Shown here piece by piece: positions 50,281-62,872 of a stretch of 64,000 nt of DNA (positions are counted from its first letter, which is position 1; each line of letters starts with the position of its first letter). The DNA is from Camelus ferus. Its lineage: Eukaryota. The notes beneath the pieces are model-generated. The model ran no database searches. It worked only from the letters and a program-made list of their open reading frames with translations, and was not told the DNA's origin. The translations under genes were made by a program, and so were the position numbers. The DNA is taken from positions 112,842,001 to 112,906,000 of the forward strand of contig NC_045696.1 in assembly GCF_009834535.1 (NCBI RefSeq). Reading direction: 5' to 3'.

Positions 50281-52524
50281 AGAAATAAACAACTGTGTGT
50301 GTTAGCACTTTCTTGGTCAACTAAGTGTAGCAAAACAATAGATTGGTATATTGTTAAGAAGACAAGATTTAGAATTAAAAATTCTTTATTCCAATATCGG
50401 TTTCCCATTCCCTGGTGAGGAGATCTTGTGTAACTTATTTAATATGGATGATTCGCTCAGTGTTAAAATGAACATGCTGATAATATCTGCTGGCAAGTTG
50501 CCTTGGTAGAGGATGCCTATGAAAAATACTTTGTCAACTGCAAATATTAGTAGATTTCTTACACCTTCATGGTGAATGCAAAATTCACATATTTTCAAAT
50601 AAACATGTAGTGGAGCTTTCTAGAATTTTCTTAATTTAGACTCCTAGTATAATAACTCTTAACTAAATTCTGCTTTGTACCAATATGGTTGGAATCTAGT
50701 CATAGTGTAAAAGTGATAGTCCAGTGGAACTCATTGCTGTGTTTTTCAGTAAGGAAGTGTTTTGTTCCATTTCCTAAGGAAGGTTGTTTCACGAAGCTCC
50801 ATAGGAGAAGTTCCCATATTTTTATACCACCTGATCACTAATTCATTCTTCGACTTAGGGAAATGTTTTTATCTTTAAAATGCCTACCAAAAAAAAACAA
50901 AAAACAAAAACCATAGAGGACAATGGGTGGCCTGGGCCTGTAAGGAATGGGTCTTCTCTACCTACATTCGGGACATTGTTGTCACTCTTAGCTTTATTCT
51001 ATTTTCCTATTTGTATTCTTGCTCTGCTTCAGTGCTCTGACATACTTGAACTTGCTTTGTTACGTTGTACATACCTTGGAAGTCTATTTCAAGTCACCTT
51101 TAGAAGGAGATGTTATAATGAACCAGTAACAGCAACCACAAAAGAACTTAATTAAATTAGAACCCAATTTGTTTATCTCCCCACTGCAGACATCAAAACC
51201 ACAGATAGCAGTATAATAAAAAAAATACCCACAGATGTTAGGACAGGTACTCTATTGCACAGAATTTGCTGAGGGAGCTTTTTTTGGTGCCGTTTTAATC
51301 CCAGAAGTCTACTGACTGGAATGGACTCCTCAGAAGGCCAGGGATTTGGGTCCATTTTGTTTACTTCTCTAAACCCAGCAGCAGAACAATGCCTGCCTCG
51401 CGGTTATCACTTAAGGCTTGTTAAATTAATCAGTACTGCCTCTAAAATGTAGTTTTTTACTTCCTCAGAACCCTGGCTGCATTTACACCCAATTTCTTTC
51501 AAACTACTGTGAAAACATAAGTTATACATGCATGGCTTATGTGAGAGGCAGAATGAGGTGAAAAATACCTCATTCATATTGGGCAAACCAGAAATTCTTT
51601 TCGGGTTTTTTTAATCGTATTTTTTTTTCCCCTCTAGATAATAAAACTGTCTGGTTCGATATGGAATTTTCCATGTGAAACATTTGTTACTTTAAAATCT
51701 ACAAATAAGGTGCTTGATTATTCTTTCCTTATGTATGTATAAAGTATTACTATAAGGTAATAAGACAACTTAATTGTTTATAACATAGGTCATTTCTTTA
51801 AATCAGTCTGTGATCTTGAATTTCAGTTTCACTGGAAGTGTCCATGTTGTCCTTTAGGAAGACGATGGTGAAGAGGTTTCTTAAAAAGACATAAATGGAT
51901 GGGAGAACAGGAGAAGAGAGAGGAAGAATAAAAATATTGTAAGTGGGGAAGCAGATGGGTGAGCAGTGATTAATTTAGCAGGACTGAAGCCCAAGCTGGC
52001 AACGGGGAACACTGAGAACCGATTTCATCCCCACCCCAGAATTCTCAGAGGACTCAGACGCTGGTAGCAACAGGTGCTTCTGGAACAGGGTGAGGGAGAC
52101 AGAGGCTTGAAATTTAAATGCCTGGGTAAAGACATCAGCAGTTCCCAGAGACTCCACCACTCTGTGCTGGGGAGTGAGAGCCCCTCCCTGGTTCTAGCAG
52201 AAGACTATAAATTTATTCTTAAGAGAGGGTAGACGAAAGGTCTTTGTAGCAGGGATGCCAGGCGCAGTTGAGAGTATAATCTTTGAACCAAAAAAACAGG
52301 GATTAAGTGAAAATATGCCTACTGAATGCTGGAAGTCCCAACCTTCAGAACAGAAAACTCTTCTCTGAGAAATCAGCCAACCAAAAGTAAGGATATAAAA
52401 TATTTACATTGGGATGTCCCAGTAAACAGCCAAGTAGACCACCCTCTACTGAAACTGAACGTTGACCAGCCCCACTCTTATGCTAAGCACTTACAGTTAG
52501 CTTTTAGTATATAAAAAATGACCT

Positions 52525-53220
52525 TTTACCCTGTAACCTTTCTAAATTTGTTTCCTAGCTGTAGACAGTAGTTGTTTGGAGATTCCGTAGCATATTCTAC
52601 ATAGTCAGCCATGACATTTTCAAATAGAGCCAGTTTTACTTATTTCCAGGTCTTTTTGCATTTTATCTCCTTTCTTGGCTAACTTTGAAAGCCAGGGCTT
52701 CCAGTACAACGTTGAATATAAGGCCTGAGAGTCAGCATTCTCACTTTGTTTCTGATCTTAGGGAGAACACATTTAATTTTCAACACCAAATATAATATTA
52801 GCAGTACGTTTTTATATATACCCTTTATCTGATTGAGGCAGTCCCCTTTTTTCTAATTTGATTTAATATTTTATCATGAATGAATATTGAATTTTTGAAA
52901 CATTTTTCTACACTCATTTTTCTCCTTTATTAAGTGAATTATATTGATTGATTCTCAAATGTTAAGTGAACTTCGCATTCCTGGACCTATTTGTTAAGAA
53001 TCTGTGTGGGTATTCACAACACTTACTGGTATATAAGGATGGATGTATTTTTAGTGCTTTTGCTTGACCTCAGTCTCAAAGTGATATTGACCGCAGAAAA
53101 TGAGTTTAATAGAGCCATCATCCTCTATTTTCTGTAAGTTTTTGTGCACAAATATTTGGTAATATTTCCTCCCTGAATGTTCAGTAGAATTCACCAGTAG
53201 AACCATCTGGGCCTAAGTTT
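52525..53220 (-). mobile_element. Old L1 ORF2 (RT region) fragment
   Basis: 'agggcttccagtacaacgttgaata...tgtttctgatcttagggagaa...tagaattcaccagtagaaccatctgggcct'. Confidence 0.75.
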
Positions 53221-53604
53221 TCCAACCAGCCTTCTAGTCTTCCACTCTTAAACACAGATATACAGACATCTAAGGATTTCCCCTGATCTGAACATAGACT
53301 CAACTGGTAAACTTTGAAGAAACATGTCCCAGTAACAGAGGTTTGGATTTGACTGGTCCTAAGTGTCAGTAATTTTTTTTAAAGTCCCCTAGGTGACTTT
53401 TATTATACCCAGAGTTGAGAACCTTTGCTGTAACATAAAAGCCAGAGACAAAAAGAACCAGAAAAGAGCAAACTGGAAGAAATGGAGACCGTATGAGGAA
53501 ATGACAGCTCTAAAGAAACTGGTACTGACATTATCAAAGACATCAGAGAAGTTATTGAGATCCCAGAACAATAAAAATCAATAAATAATATAAACATTAA
53601 AACA

Positions 53605-53845
53605 GGTTGTTAGGACTCAGAAGTAAAGAACAGATTTCAAATGCCAAATCTCCACATTTTACTGGCTTTGTGACCCTGAGCTATTTACTTAAGTTCTATG
53701 AGACTCTTGTTTCCTCATCTACAAAACAGCGATCATAGTATCTTTTTTACCTCATAGGTTGCTGTGAAGATTAAATGAGATAATACTTGGAGAGTAATTA
53801 GGGGAGTGCCTGCCATGTGTATTAATGAGCAGTATGTCACCATCT
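53605..53845 (+). mobile_element. MIR SINE, near full length
   Basis: 'ctttgtgaccctgagc..tttacttaa...gtttcctcatctacaaaa...tacctcataggttgctgtgaagattaaatgagataat'. Confidence 0.8.
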
Positions 53846-54416
53846 CTCTAGTTGAAACTCCTTTTATTGCTACTTATTACATTCAATCCAATAGAAAAAC
53901 TACTCTTGACAGCATTCAGTTAAATAAGCCATCTAACTAGTGAAATTCCCATCCAGATCTAAATAGCAAACAGTGCATTAGTCAGTGGAGAAGAGTGGCA
54001 CCGGGTGAAAGGAGGTAAATTAAAATTAGTTTGATGTAGTGATTATTCATTTCTGAACTCTTCATTTATAAAAATTAGCTCGGAAGTTGCCTGTTCACAT
54101 TTCCTCAGTATTTGGTACAAGGTCAAATTTCCACAGAACCCTGGACGCTCAAAAGCAGCTGTGCAGGAAATCATAGAAGTTTGGTTCTGTGAGTGATCAT
54201 TCATTACATATTTCCCTATCTGGCTTCATTTTCAGGATTCGCTGAATAATAATTCAGTCATGTTTAAACTGTAGAGTAAAATATATCACAATTAAACCGA
54301 CAGTTCTCTCCTTCTGTTGCAGATTATTCACACTCAAGGCTAGAGGAAGGGTTAAATAAAACAATGGCTGGAAAGCATGTTGTTCAGTACAGACCCTCAG
54401 TAGATGTTAATTGACG

Positions 54417-54448
54417 TCATCATCATCATCACCATCATCATCACCATC

Positions 54449-54479
<31 letters not shown>

Positions 54480-54521
54480 CCATTATCATCACCATCATCA
54501 CCATCATCATTATCATCGTCC

Positions 54522-54554
<33 letters not shown>

Positions 54555-54555
54555 C
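54417..54555. repeat. Imperfect (CAT/CAC)n trinucleotide repeat, ~46 units
   Basis: Direct observation; source of the spurious poly-Met ORF. Confidence 0.95.
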
Positions 54556-57519
54556 TGGATAGAACCAGCTAATGATGAACTTGCAATTCCTCACATGCAA
54601 TGTGAGAATATTAGCCTGGACCAGCTCTGTGTCTCCTCACCTCAAAAAGTCTACTTAGAGTAGTTACTTAGGACTTGACAGTGGTTTATTTTCAGATATA
54701 TTCTGTTGGTGGCCTGTCTCTAGTGCTCGCTGTACTAAAGATATGCAGAGTTTGGGACCAGAATCATCTGGTCAGTCCCCAGTTCATTAAGTACATTTCG
54801 CTTTGTGGAGCCAGCCAAAAATGTGAAAAGAGCTTGTTGTTGAAGAGTTATGTAGACTAAGAGAACAGAGAGATTCTTAATTTTGACTGACATGGTAATT
54901 TTGGTCTGTTTGAACACTGGAGATGAGGAGAATTAAATCCTCTGAGGTGGTACAAGTGTCGTCAGTGGTGTCATCTCACTTAAATTGACTTCTTTGTCAG
55001 GAGTCTATGCGAGTGTACCACCTCTTATCCCCTCATGGGCTGTTGGACAAAGTAGACATTATTAAAGCTCCATGAACCTCAGACAGAGCCTTAGCTGTCA
55101 ATAAATGTCATTTGGAATTTTCATACCTGAAATTAATAGTTCTTAGATAATCAGCAAAATGTGTTTCAGAATCATCTTCCCCAGAAATTGCCAATAAAGG
55201 AAAAGAATAAAATTCCTCAGGTTACAAAATCCTAACAGGAAATCGCCCACTTTTCATGCTCCAGTGGGAGAATATGTAAAGGTCTAGAAATTGTCTGTCT
55301 CAAATAAGCTCTGCTGGGAATCAAAAAAATCCTTGCTCATAGAGAAACATATTCTTAAAGTCTTGGTTAGTGTCACCTGCAGGGGTGACATCACTGTGGC
55401 AGTAGCACCTCAAGTGGGAAAAATGATCAGTGAAGTGAGGTCATCGCACAACAGGCATCTGGGCAGGTGTGGGCAATTGCCTTCTTTTCTTTTTCTTTGT
55501 ATTCTTAGGAGCGTCGCGCTTATTTGGGAAAAGTGAAAAATAACACTGGGAACATAACAATCATCTTAACATTAGGTACGAGGCCTGAAGGGATTTTTTT
55601 AGAGCGATTCAAATGAAAAATACAATTGTACATTCTCACATCAACAGCCCTAATTTTAAGATTGCATCTCTGCTTAGAAAATGTCCCTTTGATGACTCAG
55701 AACTGTCTTTCTTTGGAGGGAGGCTTGTTAACATTCAGATCCAAAACTTTCCATTCATGGACCTCCTTCCAATGCCTATAAGGCCAAACAATTCCTGCAA
55801 GGGCTCCCAGAGAGATGTGCCCACCAAGAATTGTCCAGAGTCTAAATCACCCTAAGGACTGGGAAGTTTGAGGACCATGGTTTTCACCCGAAGTTTAGAA
55901 AATGTATGAATACTTTTTCCCTTCTACTCTGGTGGTGCTTTATTTATTCTTTCTGTGCTTTCATTTCCTCAGTCTCTAAGGAGAGATTTTACCAAGAAGA
56001 GATGGTTGCACTGCCATTTGGAAGACTCCCTCCCAGTGGGGAGGGAAGACCATATCTGGGGCATACCCTTTGCTTGCATTATTTCTCTCATGGATAGCAT
56101 TATCTTGGAAGATTGTGAAGTAGATGGTTTGATTATTTGTATGGTGATCTATCAAACATCCATCTTCTTCCAGTGGTCTGATAAGAAGAAAAATCTTTTT
56201 AGAAAATTCACAAGGTGTTTTGTTGCTTTAAATGCTGGTGGTTTTGTACAGGAAATATAAATTACCATGTAAAATGATTCTTCATGGGCGGTTCCCTTAG
56301 AGGGAAGTTATTCCTTCAGAGAATGACTTCCTGTTTTGCTCTTTAGACAGATGGCAGCTGTGTTTCACGTGGGTTTGGTCAACATTGCAAGGATTCCTTA
56401 TGGCATTGGCTTGTATTTTAACGCTTCCACTCTGGCCACTCATCGATACCTCTAAGACTAACCAACATGACAAACTAATTTCAAAAAACAACCTCATAGA
56501 TAGACGGACATTTTGGTTGTTTATTTTTTTACCCACATAAAGTAAGAGGTCATCTGGCTTGAAAAACAGCCAGCTACAGTTGTACAATGGAAACTTGACT
56601 CTGGTCTGAAGGCGCTCTTGGAGGCTTCCAGCACGATTTCATCACTACATGGACTACAGTATTTATATGGGATGGGCTAGTTTAATAAGCTGTTTCACCA
56701 ACTTCTTAACTTTCACTACAAATATTTCTCCAGAAGCCAAACCCTCCAATCCCGCGTATTCTGTGAGCTTGAAGTATTAATTATAGCTTAGAGTCTACAA
56801 AAACAAGAAGAGTCGTCGTCAGCTTCTGTGTCTATTGGCTCCTAAGTTGCCTGGCATGACTGTTGTTTTTCACTCTGTGTTAGCCCCAGTTAGCAGGACT
56901 TTCAGCATTTTCAAGAGTCAATGTAATCTATAGATCTTGAAGTTTCCCACAAATCCTAATTCCTTAAAGGACCACTTGTGTCATTTTACAATATATGCTA
57001 CTACTAGTTTAGGCTTAAAAGCACCACAAAGGGGAAAATTAATTAATCTATATGCATAAACCAAATTTGGCTCAAATCTCAGTTTAAGTCAGTTATAGGT
57101 GACTCCAAAGTCAAACTATTTTTGTAACTCATTGTTTTTAAATTTTTATTTAAATTATGTTTGATGTGTCAAATATAAAAATTTAAAACCAGTGAGTTAA
57201 ACAATGAGTTTAAAATTTTATTAAAAGAATCAATAAACAAGAAATCTTTCACCATCTTGCACCAATTATGTAAGAATAAAGATTTTTTCTAAACCTTTAT
57301 TGTTGCATATACGTGGTTCTTATATGTTTGTAAGTATTGTGTACATACCATGTGATTGCTGCTTTTTTTTTCCTTAAAACTCTTTATTCTTAAGAATAGA
57401 GAAATAGACTTTCAGGTAGATTATAAATGGCAAATTAATGAGTGTATTGAAAAGAGAGTCTTCTCTGATGTAGGAAATACTTATTTTTGATGGCTTAGAC
57501 TTTCTAGAGGTCTGTACAT

Positions 57520-57605
57520 TTTTTTTTATTAAAAAAACTTTTTTATTGAAGTGTAGTCAGTTACAATGTGTCAGTTTCTGGTGTACAGCACAATGTCCCA
57601 GTCAT
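57520..57605 (-). mobile_element. Very short young L1 3' terminus
   Basis: 'ttttattgaagtgtagtcagttacaatgtgtcagtttctggtgtacagcacaatgtcccagtcat' closely matches the reverse complement of ~18206-18268. Confidence 0.85.
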
Positions 57606-57902
57606 TGACTGCTGTTTATTACTTAGCAAAGAGTTTTCTGTGTCTCTCTGAAGTCCATATATTTGTCAGATTTATAGGCAATAAAATATTTTATTGATAT
57701 ACCACAATTAACTAACTCACTTCTCAATATTTGGACATTTGTCATGGCTTTTAAAATATGTGCATTATGTTATGTCATCTGACAGTTTCCTAGGGGCTGC
57801 TGTAACAAATTACCACAAGCTGGGATGACTTAAGACAACAGAAGTTTCTGCATATTTATTCTAAAGATCAGACTACTGGTAAAATATTACAATTTGTTGG
57901 GC

Positions 57903-58630
57903 TTTTTTTAACTAAGACTTTGTTTTTTAAGGCAACTTAAGGGCACAGCAAGTTTGATGGGCAGATACAGAGATTTCCCCTGGACCCCTTGTCTCCCCCA
58001 TCATCGGCATTCGCCACCAGGGTGGCACATTTGCTGTAACTGATGAGCCTACATTGTCACAAAATAATCACCCAGTTACACTGGGGTTCACTTCTGATGT
58101 CGCCCATTCTATGCTTTGGACCAACGTATACTGACATAAATCCATTGTTATGGAACCACACAGGCTATTTTCTGCCCTAAAAGTCCTCTGTGCTCTGCCT
58201 ATGCGCCCCTTCCTCTGCCCTCCAATCCCCGGCCACCACTGAACTTTTTTTACTGTCTCCTTAGTTTTGTCTTTTCCTGAATGTCATGTAGTGGGAATCA
58301 AATGGTATGTCACCTTTTCAAACTGGCTTCTTTCACTTAGGAATATGCATTATTAAGTTTCCTCTATGTCTTCTCATGTCTTGATGGTCCATTTCTTTTT
58401 AGCACGCAGTAATATTCCTTTGTCTGGAGATGCCACAGCTTAGTCACCTTCTGAAGGATGTTTGGTTGCTTCTAGCTTTCTGCGATGATGAATAAATCTG
58501 CTGTAATAACCTGGGTGCAGGGTTTTGTGTGTGTGGATTTAAGTTCTCTGTTCCTTTGGGTAAACACCAAGGGGTGTGACTGCCGGATTCTGCGTCAGAA
58601 GAATGTCGACCCTGCCAAACTGTCTCCCAG
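57903..58630 (-). mobile_element. L1MC-type 3' end
   Basis: 'tacagagatttcccct...gtggcacatttgctgtaactgatgagcctacattg...gccctaaaagtcctctgtgctctgcct...ctggcttctttcacttag'. Confidence 0.85.
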
Positions 58631-59311
58631 GAAGCCCTTGGCTTGCTTTGACAACACCTAGGAAAGGAACAAGCCTGCATGGGAATAGTTTCAGGTCCTC
58701 ACAAACCCCAGCAGCTGTTTTCTGCATAATCCAAATGATGTTTTGTAGATGATTATATCCTATGGCTTTAAGTTGTTGTTTTCCCAAAGAAAGTTAGCCT
58801 GTCACCCTGTATGAAACCACTGTGAATATGCTTGCACTACGTATCTTATTTCAGGAAGCCCCAGGCGTGAAACATATATGATACTGGTAGTATTTTCTAT
58901 CAAAAATATGGAATCGCCTTCACCGGGAAACATCGCTTAAAAATGCAAGGTCAGTGACCACGGCTGCACTTCCCCAAGTGACATCCATGCCACTTCCAAA
59001 GACGGGACACTTTCAGAATGAGAGGCCAAGAGAAGTCCTGCGAATTGGCAAAAAGCAGCTTTGCACACAGTTGCTGGGGAGTGTGACTCTCCAAGAACAA
59101 AGCAGCTGGCCTCTTTTCGATTTTCCTTCTCAATAAGAAAAGTGAACGCTCAACCTCAAGGTATGCAATGTTCTATTTGTTTTGGAGGCATTAACGTAAA
59201 CTTTCCACGGCCGCACTGCTAAGGAGAAAGAGAAAAACAGAAATAAAGAGTTCACCAGTAAATAGACCGCTTACAGTCAGAACGCTATGATGCTCAGAAG
59301 ACCATTTCCCT

Positions 59312-59804
59312 TGTTGACCCCCAAAATATGCAGAACCTGCAAGCTGAGAGTTATGTTTTATTCGGCAGACTTTCTGAGGACCCAAGCCCAGGGGACCTCT
59401 CAGATCGCTCTGAGGGACTGCTCCAAAGAGGCAGGGAAAGAGCCAGGGTATATAGGAGTTTTGCCACAAAAACCAGGTAGTTGGAACATCAAAAAATTAC
59501 TGTTAAATAAAGAAAACCGGATATCTCCAGTTACGAAATTAAGTACTTTTCTATGTATGGGAAGGTGCAAAGGTCTGGGCTCATTGAAATCATTCCTTCG
59601 ACATGCACCTAGCTGTCTAAGGCCGGTGTCCTGTTCTTTCCCCTGAGTTCCCTCAGGGGGCACTGTTGGGGGTGGCAGTAGAGGCCCGGCTGCCTGCTTG
59701 TCTCCATCCTGAGTTCCCTCCGCTCACTGTCAGGGCAGTGGTAGCGGCTGATGGTCACAGCATCCTTTGTTTACTGATAGGGTTGGCAATATTTTTCATT
59801 CACA
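59312..59804 (-). mobile_element. ERV1-class solo LTR, 493 bp
   Basis: TG...CA termini; 4-bp TSD CCCT at 59308-59311 and 59805-59808; minus-strand TATA (cctatatac, ~59448-59456) and AATAAA (~59357-59362); internal duplication of cctgagttccctc. Confidence 0.88.
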
Positions 59805-60099
59805 CCCTGATATTTCAGACCAACATGGAGTCCTTTTCTTAGATTATGAAAAAAATGTATTCTTGAGTTATTCAGGTCAGCTTACTAATTCAGCTAGATC
59901 CAGTGCAGTAGTGAAATAAATTACTTTCTGATCAGCAATTATGGCGGCCAAAAAATCCAGAGCAACAAGAAGCTAGTCTACTTAGCCAACAATGTGGGGC
60001 TGCACATCCCCTGTGCTCCAATTCCTTCCCTTTGTGGAAAACCTTCCCTCCACCCAGACACCACTTAAGTTACCATGTAAGTCTCTGGTTCCCTTCACT

Positions 60100-60650
60100 T
60101 AATTTATTTTGAAAACCATTCCCCTTTTCCACATACTTTGGTTCCCCACCGTTCTCTTCAAAGTGCTCTCTCAAAAGATGCCCGCAATCCTGGTGTTCTA
60201 ACAGACCTCCACGCACCAAGTCTCCCAGACGACCGTCTCCTTTTTCTGGAAGCTGCCTTCACTCTTGGCTCAGGCCAGTGTGTCCTCTCCCTTTTCTTCC
60301 AGTTTCTCTGTAGATGTTTCCTGTGTGCTTTGCTGAGACCTGAGTTTCTAGGCACACGTTCCTTAAGTGTCTTTCCTCAGACATTCCACACATAACTGTC
60401 AGTGCCTTTGAAGCGCTTGGCACTCTCTTAAGGTTCTCACTACAGCTCTGCCGTCTTATCTCAGCGGTTTCTCCCTCTGCTAATTCATCCAGCCTTAAGT
60501 CTTTAACTATCAACTCTTCACCCTCTCCTCTTTGGCTGTTGCTATGTCCTGTGTCCTTATCATTTTTTTCCTGGACTTTCACAAAGCTGCCTGCATAATC
60601 CTCCTGCTGACAGTCTTAATAACTGCCATTCATCCTATACAGAGTGACTC
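60100..60650 (+). mobile_element. LINE-2 fragment
   Basis: Pyrimidine-rich L2-like 'ctcctttttctggaagctgccttcactcttggct...tcctctcccttttcttcc'; boundaries approximate. Confidence 0.45.
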
Positions 60651-62153
60651 CCCACCCCTTCCTCTCCTTCTTTTATATTTAATACAAAATGTGTTTCAAG
60701 ATTTCCCCAAATTTAGAAGACTAAAAAGAGAAGAAAAATCAGTGAAAAGTCCACATCTAGTCAAACCATGCCAACTTCAGTGGGCTTTCTGCCGGAATTC
60801 CTTCAGGTATAGGTTTTTAAGAAGGAGTTGAGGGGAGAGAAATTCTTTCAACCTTTGAAAGTTAGGTAAAACTTGGCTATTTGCGTTGCTCCAAAACATA
60901 AAGAAGAACCCTTTAAAATACTTTTTTTTTTTAAATCAGCAAAATACTGATAAGAAACCAGACAGATATCTCAACAACAACAACAAAAATCAATCTCACT
61001 TGTGCAAATTATGCAAAAATACTAAATAAAGTATAAGCAAACATAATTTAGCAGAAAAATAAAAATGGTAGATAAGACTGTAAGAATGATTTCATATTAA
61101 AAACTTTACTGAATTAAAATAGCATATTAGTAGGACAAGGATAAATTTTAATTATTGCTTCAAATAATGCCAAACTAGACCTTTGAGCAAAAATAGGAGC
61201 AAGTGGTACTTTCTAGACCTGATACTAATTTCATTTCAGCATCGTGCTTAATAGCAAAAAAAAAAAAAAAAAAAAAAAAAAGAGAGAGAGAAAAAAATAC
61301 CGTTGACAAGGGAAACAAACAAAAAATTTTCAGCCTACTCTTGTTTGCAAGATACCAAACAATGCATTTAGGGAAGGGAAAGATAAGGTATAAGGTATCA
61401 ACACAAAAACTAAAGTAAACTTAGCTCCTTGCAGAGGATTTCCCAGTATGCACGGAAAATTTAAGATTATCAACAGAAGGAGAATATTTTAAAAAAGATT
61501 TTATTCAGTATTTTTGCATAATTTTTCACTAACAAGGCTGATCTGTGGTTTCCTTTGAAGGAGACATCTATGAAATACTGTTTGCTGGCTTTGTGAATGG
61601 AATTTGGAAGTGTTTCTTCTTTTTGTTTTGGAACCATTTAAATAGACTGGATTTATCCGATCTTTGAAGGTTGAACAATTCTCATGTTAAAAATCGAAAA
61701 AAGCAGAACATGTGTCTGATAAAAGCCAGGTAAGAAGCTAGTAAATTAGTTACAAGATAATTTTATAAAAGTCAGCAGCTTTTTTTATACAAACAATAAC
61801 GAGATAGCATAATGGATTTAAGAGTACTATCTATAGTAGCAGAAGCCATGCATAAATTTCAAATGACTTGTGCAGAACATATACACACCCCAAAAAAGAG
61901 AAGAAAAGAGAGTTTTAAGATTCTGCTGAGAGGCATAAAGGTGATGAATAAACTTAAAATGTATATCTTGATATTGGATAGAAAATGTCAAAAATGTAAA
62001 GGAATCTTAATAAATGAATTTCTAAATTTGATGGGATCACCATGAAAACTACAAAAAAGTTTAGGATTGGGAGGAGCAGGGCTTTAAAAATACTGGATGT
62101 GCAAACTAGATATCTGATAGGGGGTTAGTAACAACTTAATAACAAAATACATA

Positions 62154-62872
62154 CAGTTGACCCTTGAACGACATGGGTTTGTTGTGGGAGAATAGATTCC
62201 TGCCTCTCGCAGGAAAGGATTCAAAAACAAGACATGATAAAGTGAAAGCAAGTTTATTTAGAGAGATACACACTTCATAGAGAGTGGGATCTGTCTCACT
62301 CAGGAGGGAAAATGGCTTAGGAGACACACACTCCGTAGACAGGGTGCGGGCCATCTCAGAAGGCAAGAGAGAGTGACCACGAGGTGGGGAGTTGTTAGTT
62401 TCTATAGGCTTGGTAATTTCATATGCTAATGAGCAGGAGGATTATTCCAACTACTTTGGGGAAGGGGGTGGGATTCCCAGGAATTGGGCCCCCACCCACT
62501 TTTGGACCTTTTATGGTCAGCCTGGGAACTGTCCTGGCCCTGTGGCTGTGCCTTGAGGCTCAAGGTCAACTGGAAGTCAAATCTTCTGCCATCTTGGTTC
62601 TGACCAGTCTGTCCTGTCCTCAGTTGCTGCGTCATTCCTTCAGTGGTTGTGCCCTGCCCCCTTTCCTCCCACTTCAGGTTTAAACTGCACAGGTCCACTT
62701 ATACTCTGATTTTTTAAAAATAAATACGACGACAGTACTAACAATCCACGGTTGGCTGAATCTGAGGATACAGAACTGAGAATATGGAGGACCAACTGCA
62801 CAATTCAACCCACATTTTCAGCTGTGAGGGAATCTGTGCCCCTAATCCCCTTATTGTTTCCAGGGTCAGCTG
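62154..62872 (+). mobile_element. Tigger2-family (Tc1/mariner-pogo) MITE split by an LTR
   Basis: TIRs CAGTTGACCCTTGAAC...GTTTCCAGGGTCAGCTG flanked by TA at 62152-62153 and 62873-62874. Confidence 0.9.
62180..62676 (-). mobile_element. ERV1-class solo LTR, MER41-like
   Basis: TG...CA termini; 4-bp TSD GGTT at 62176-62179 and 62677-62680; minus-strand 'aataaacttgctttcacttta...gaatcctttcctgcgaga' resembles the MER41 R/U5 region. Confidence 0.85.

Noticed and set aside
54397..54600. Poly-methionine ORF
   Set aside because: Translation artefact of the (CAT)n repeat
55291..56587. Cluster of 63-101 aa ORFs in unique sequence
   Set aside because: Lengths expected by chance, mostly non-ATG starts, no recognisable domains or consistent splice structure
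59191..59663. Overlapping ORFs on both strands
   Set aside because: They lie largely within a solo LTR and show no gag/pol/env similarity
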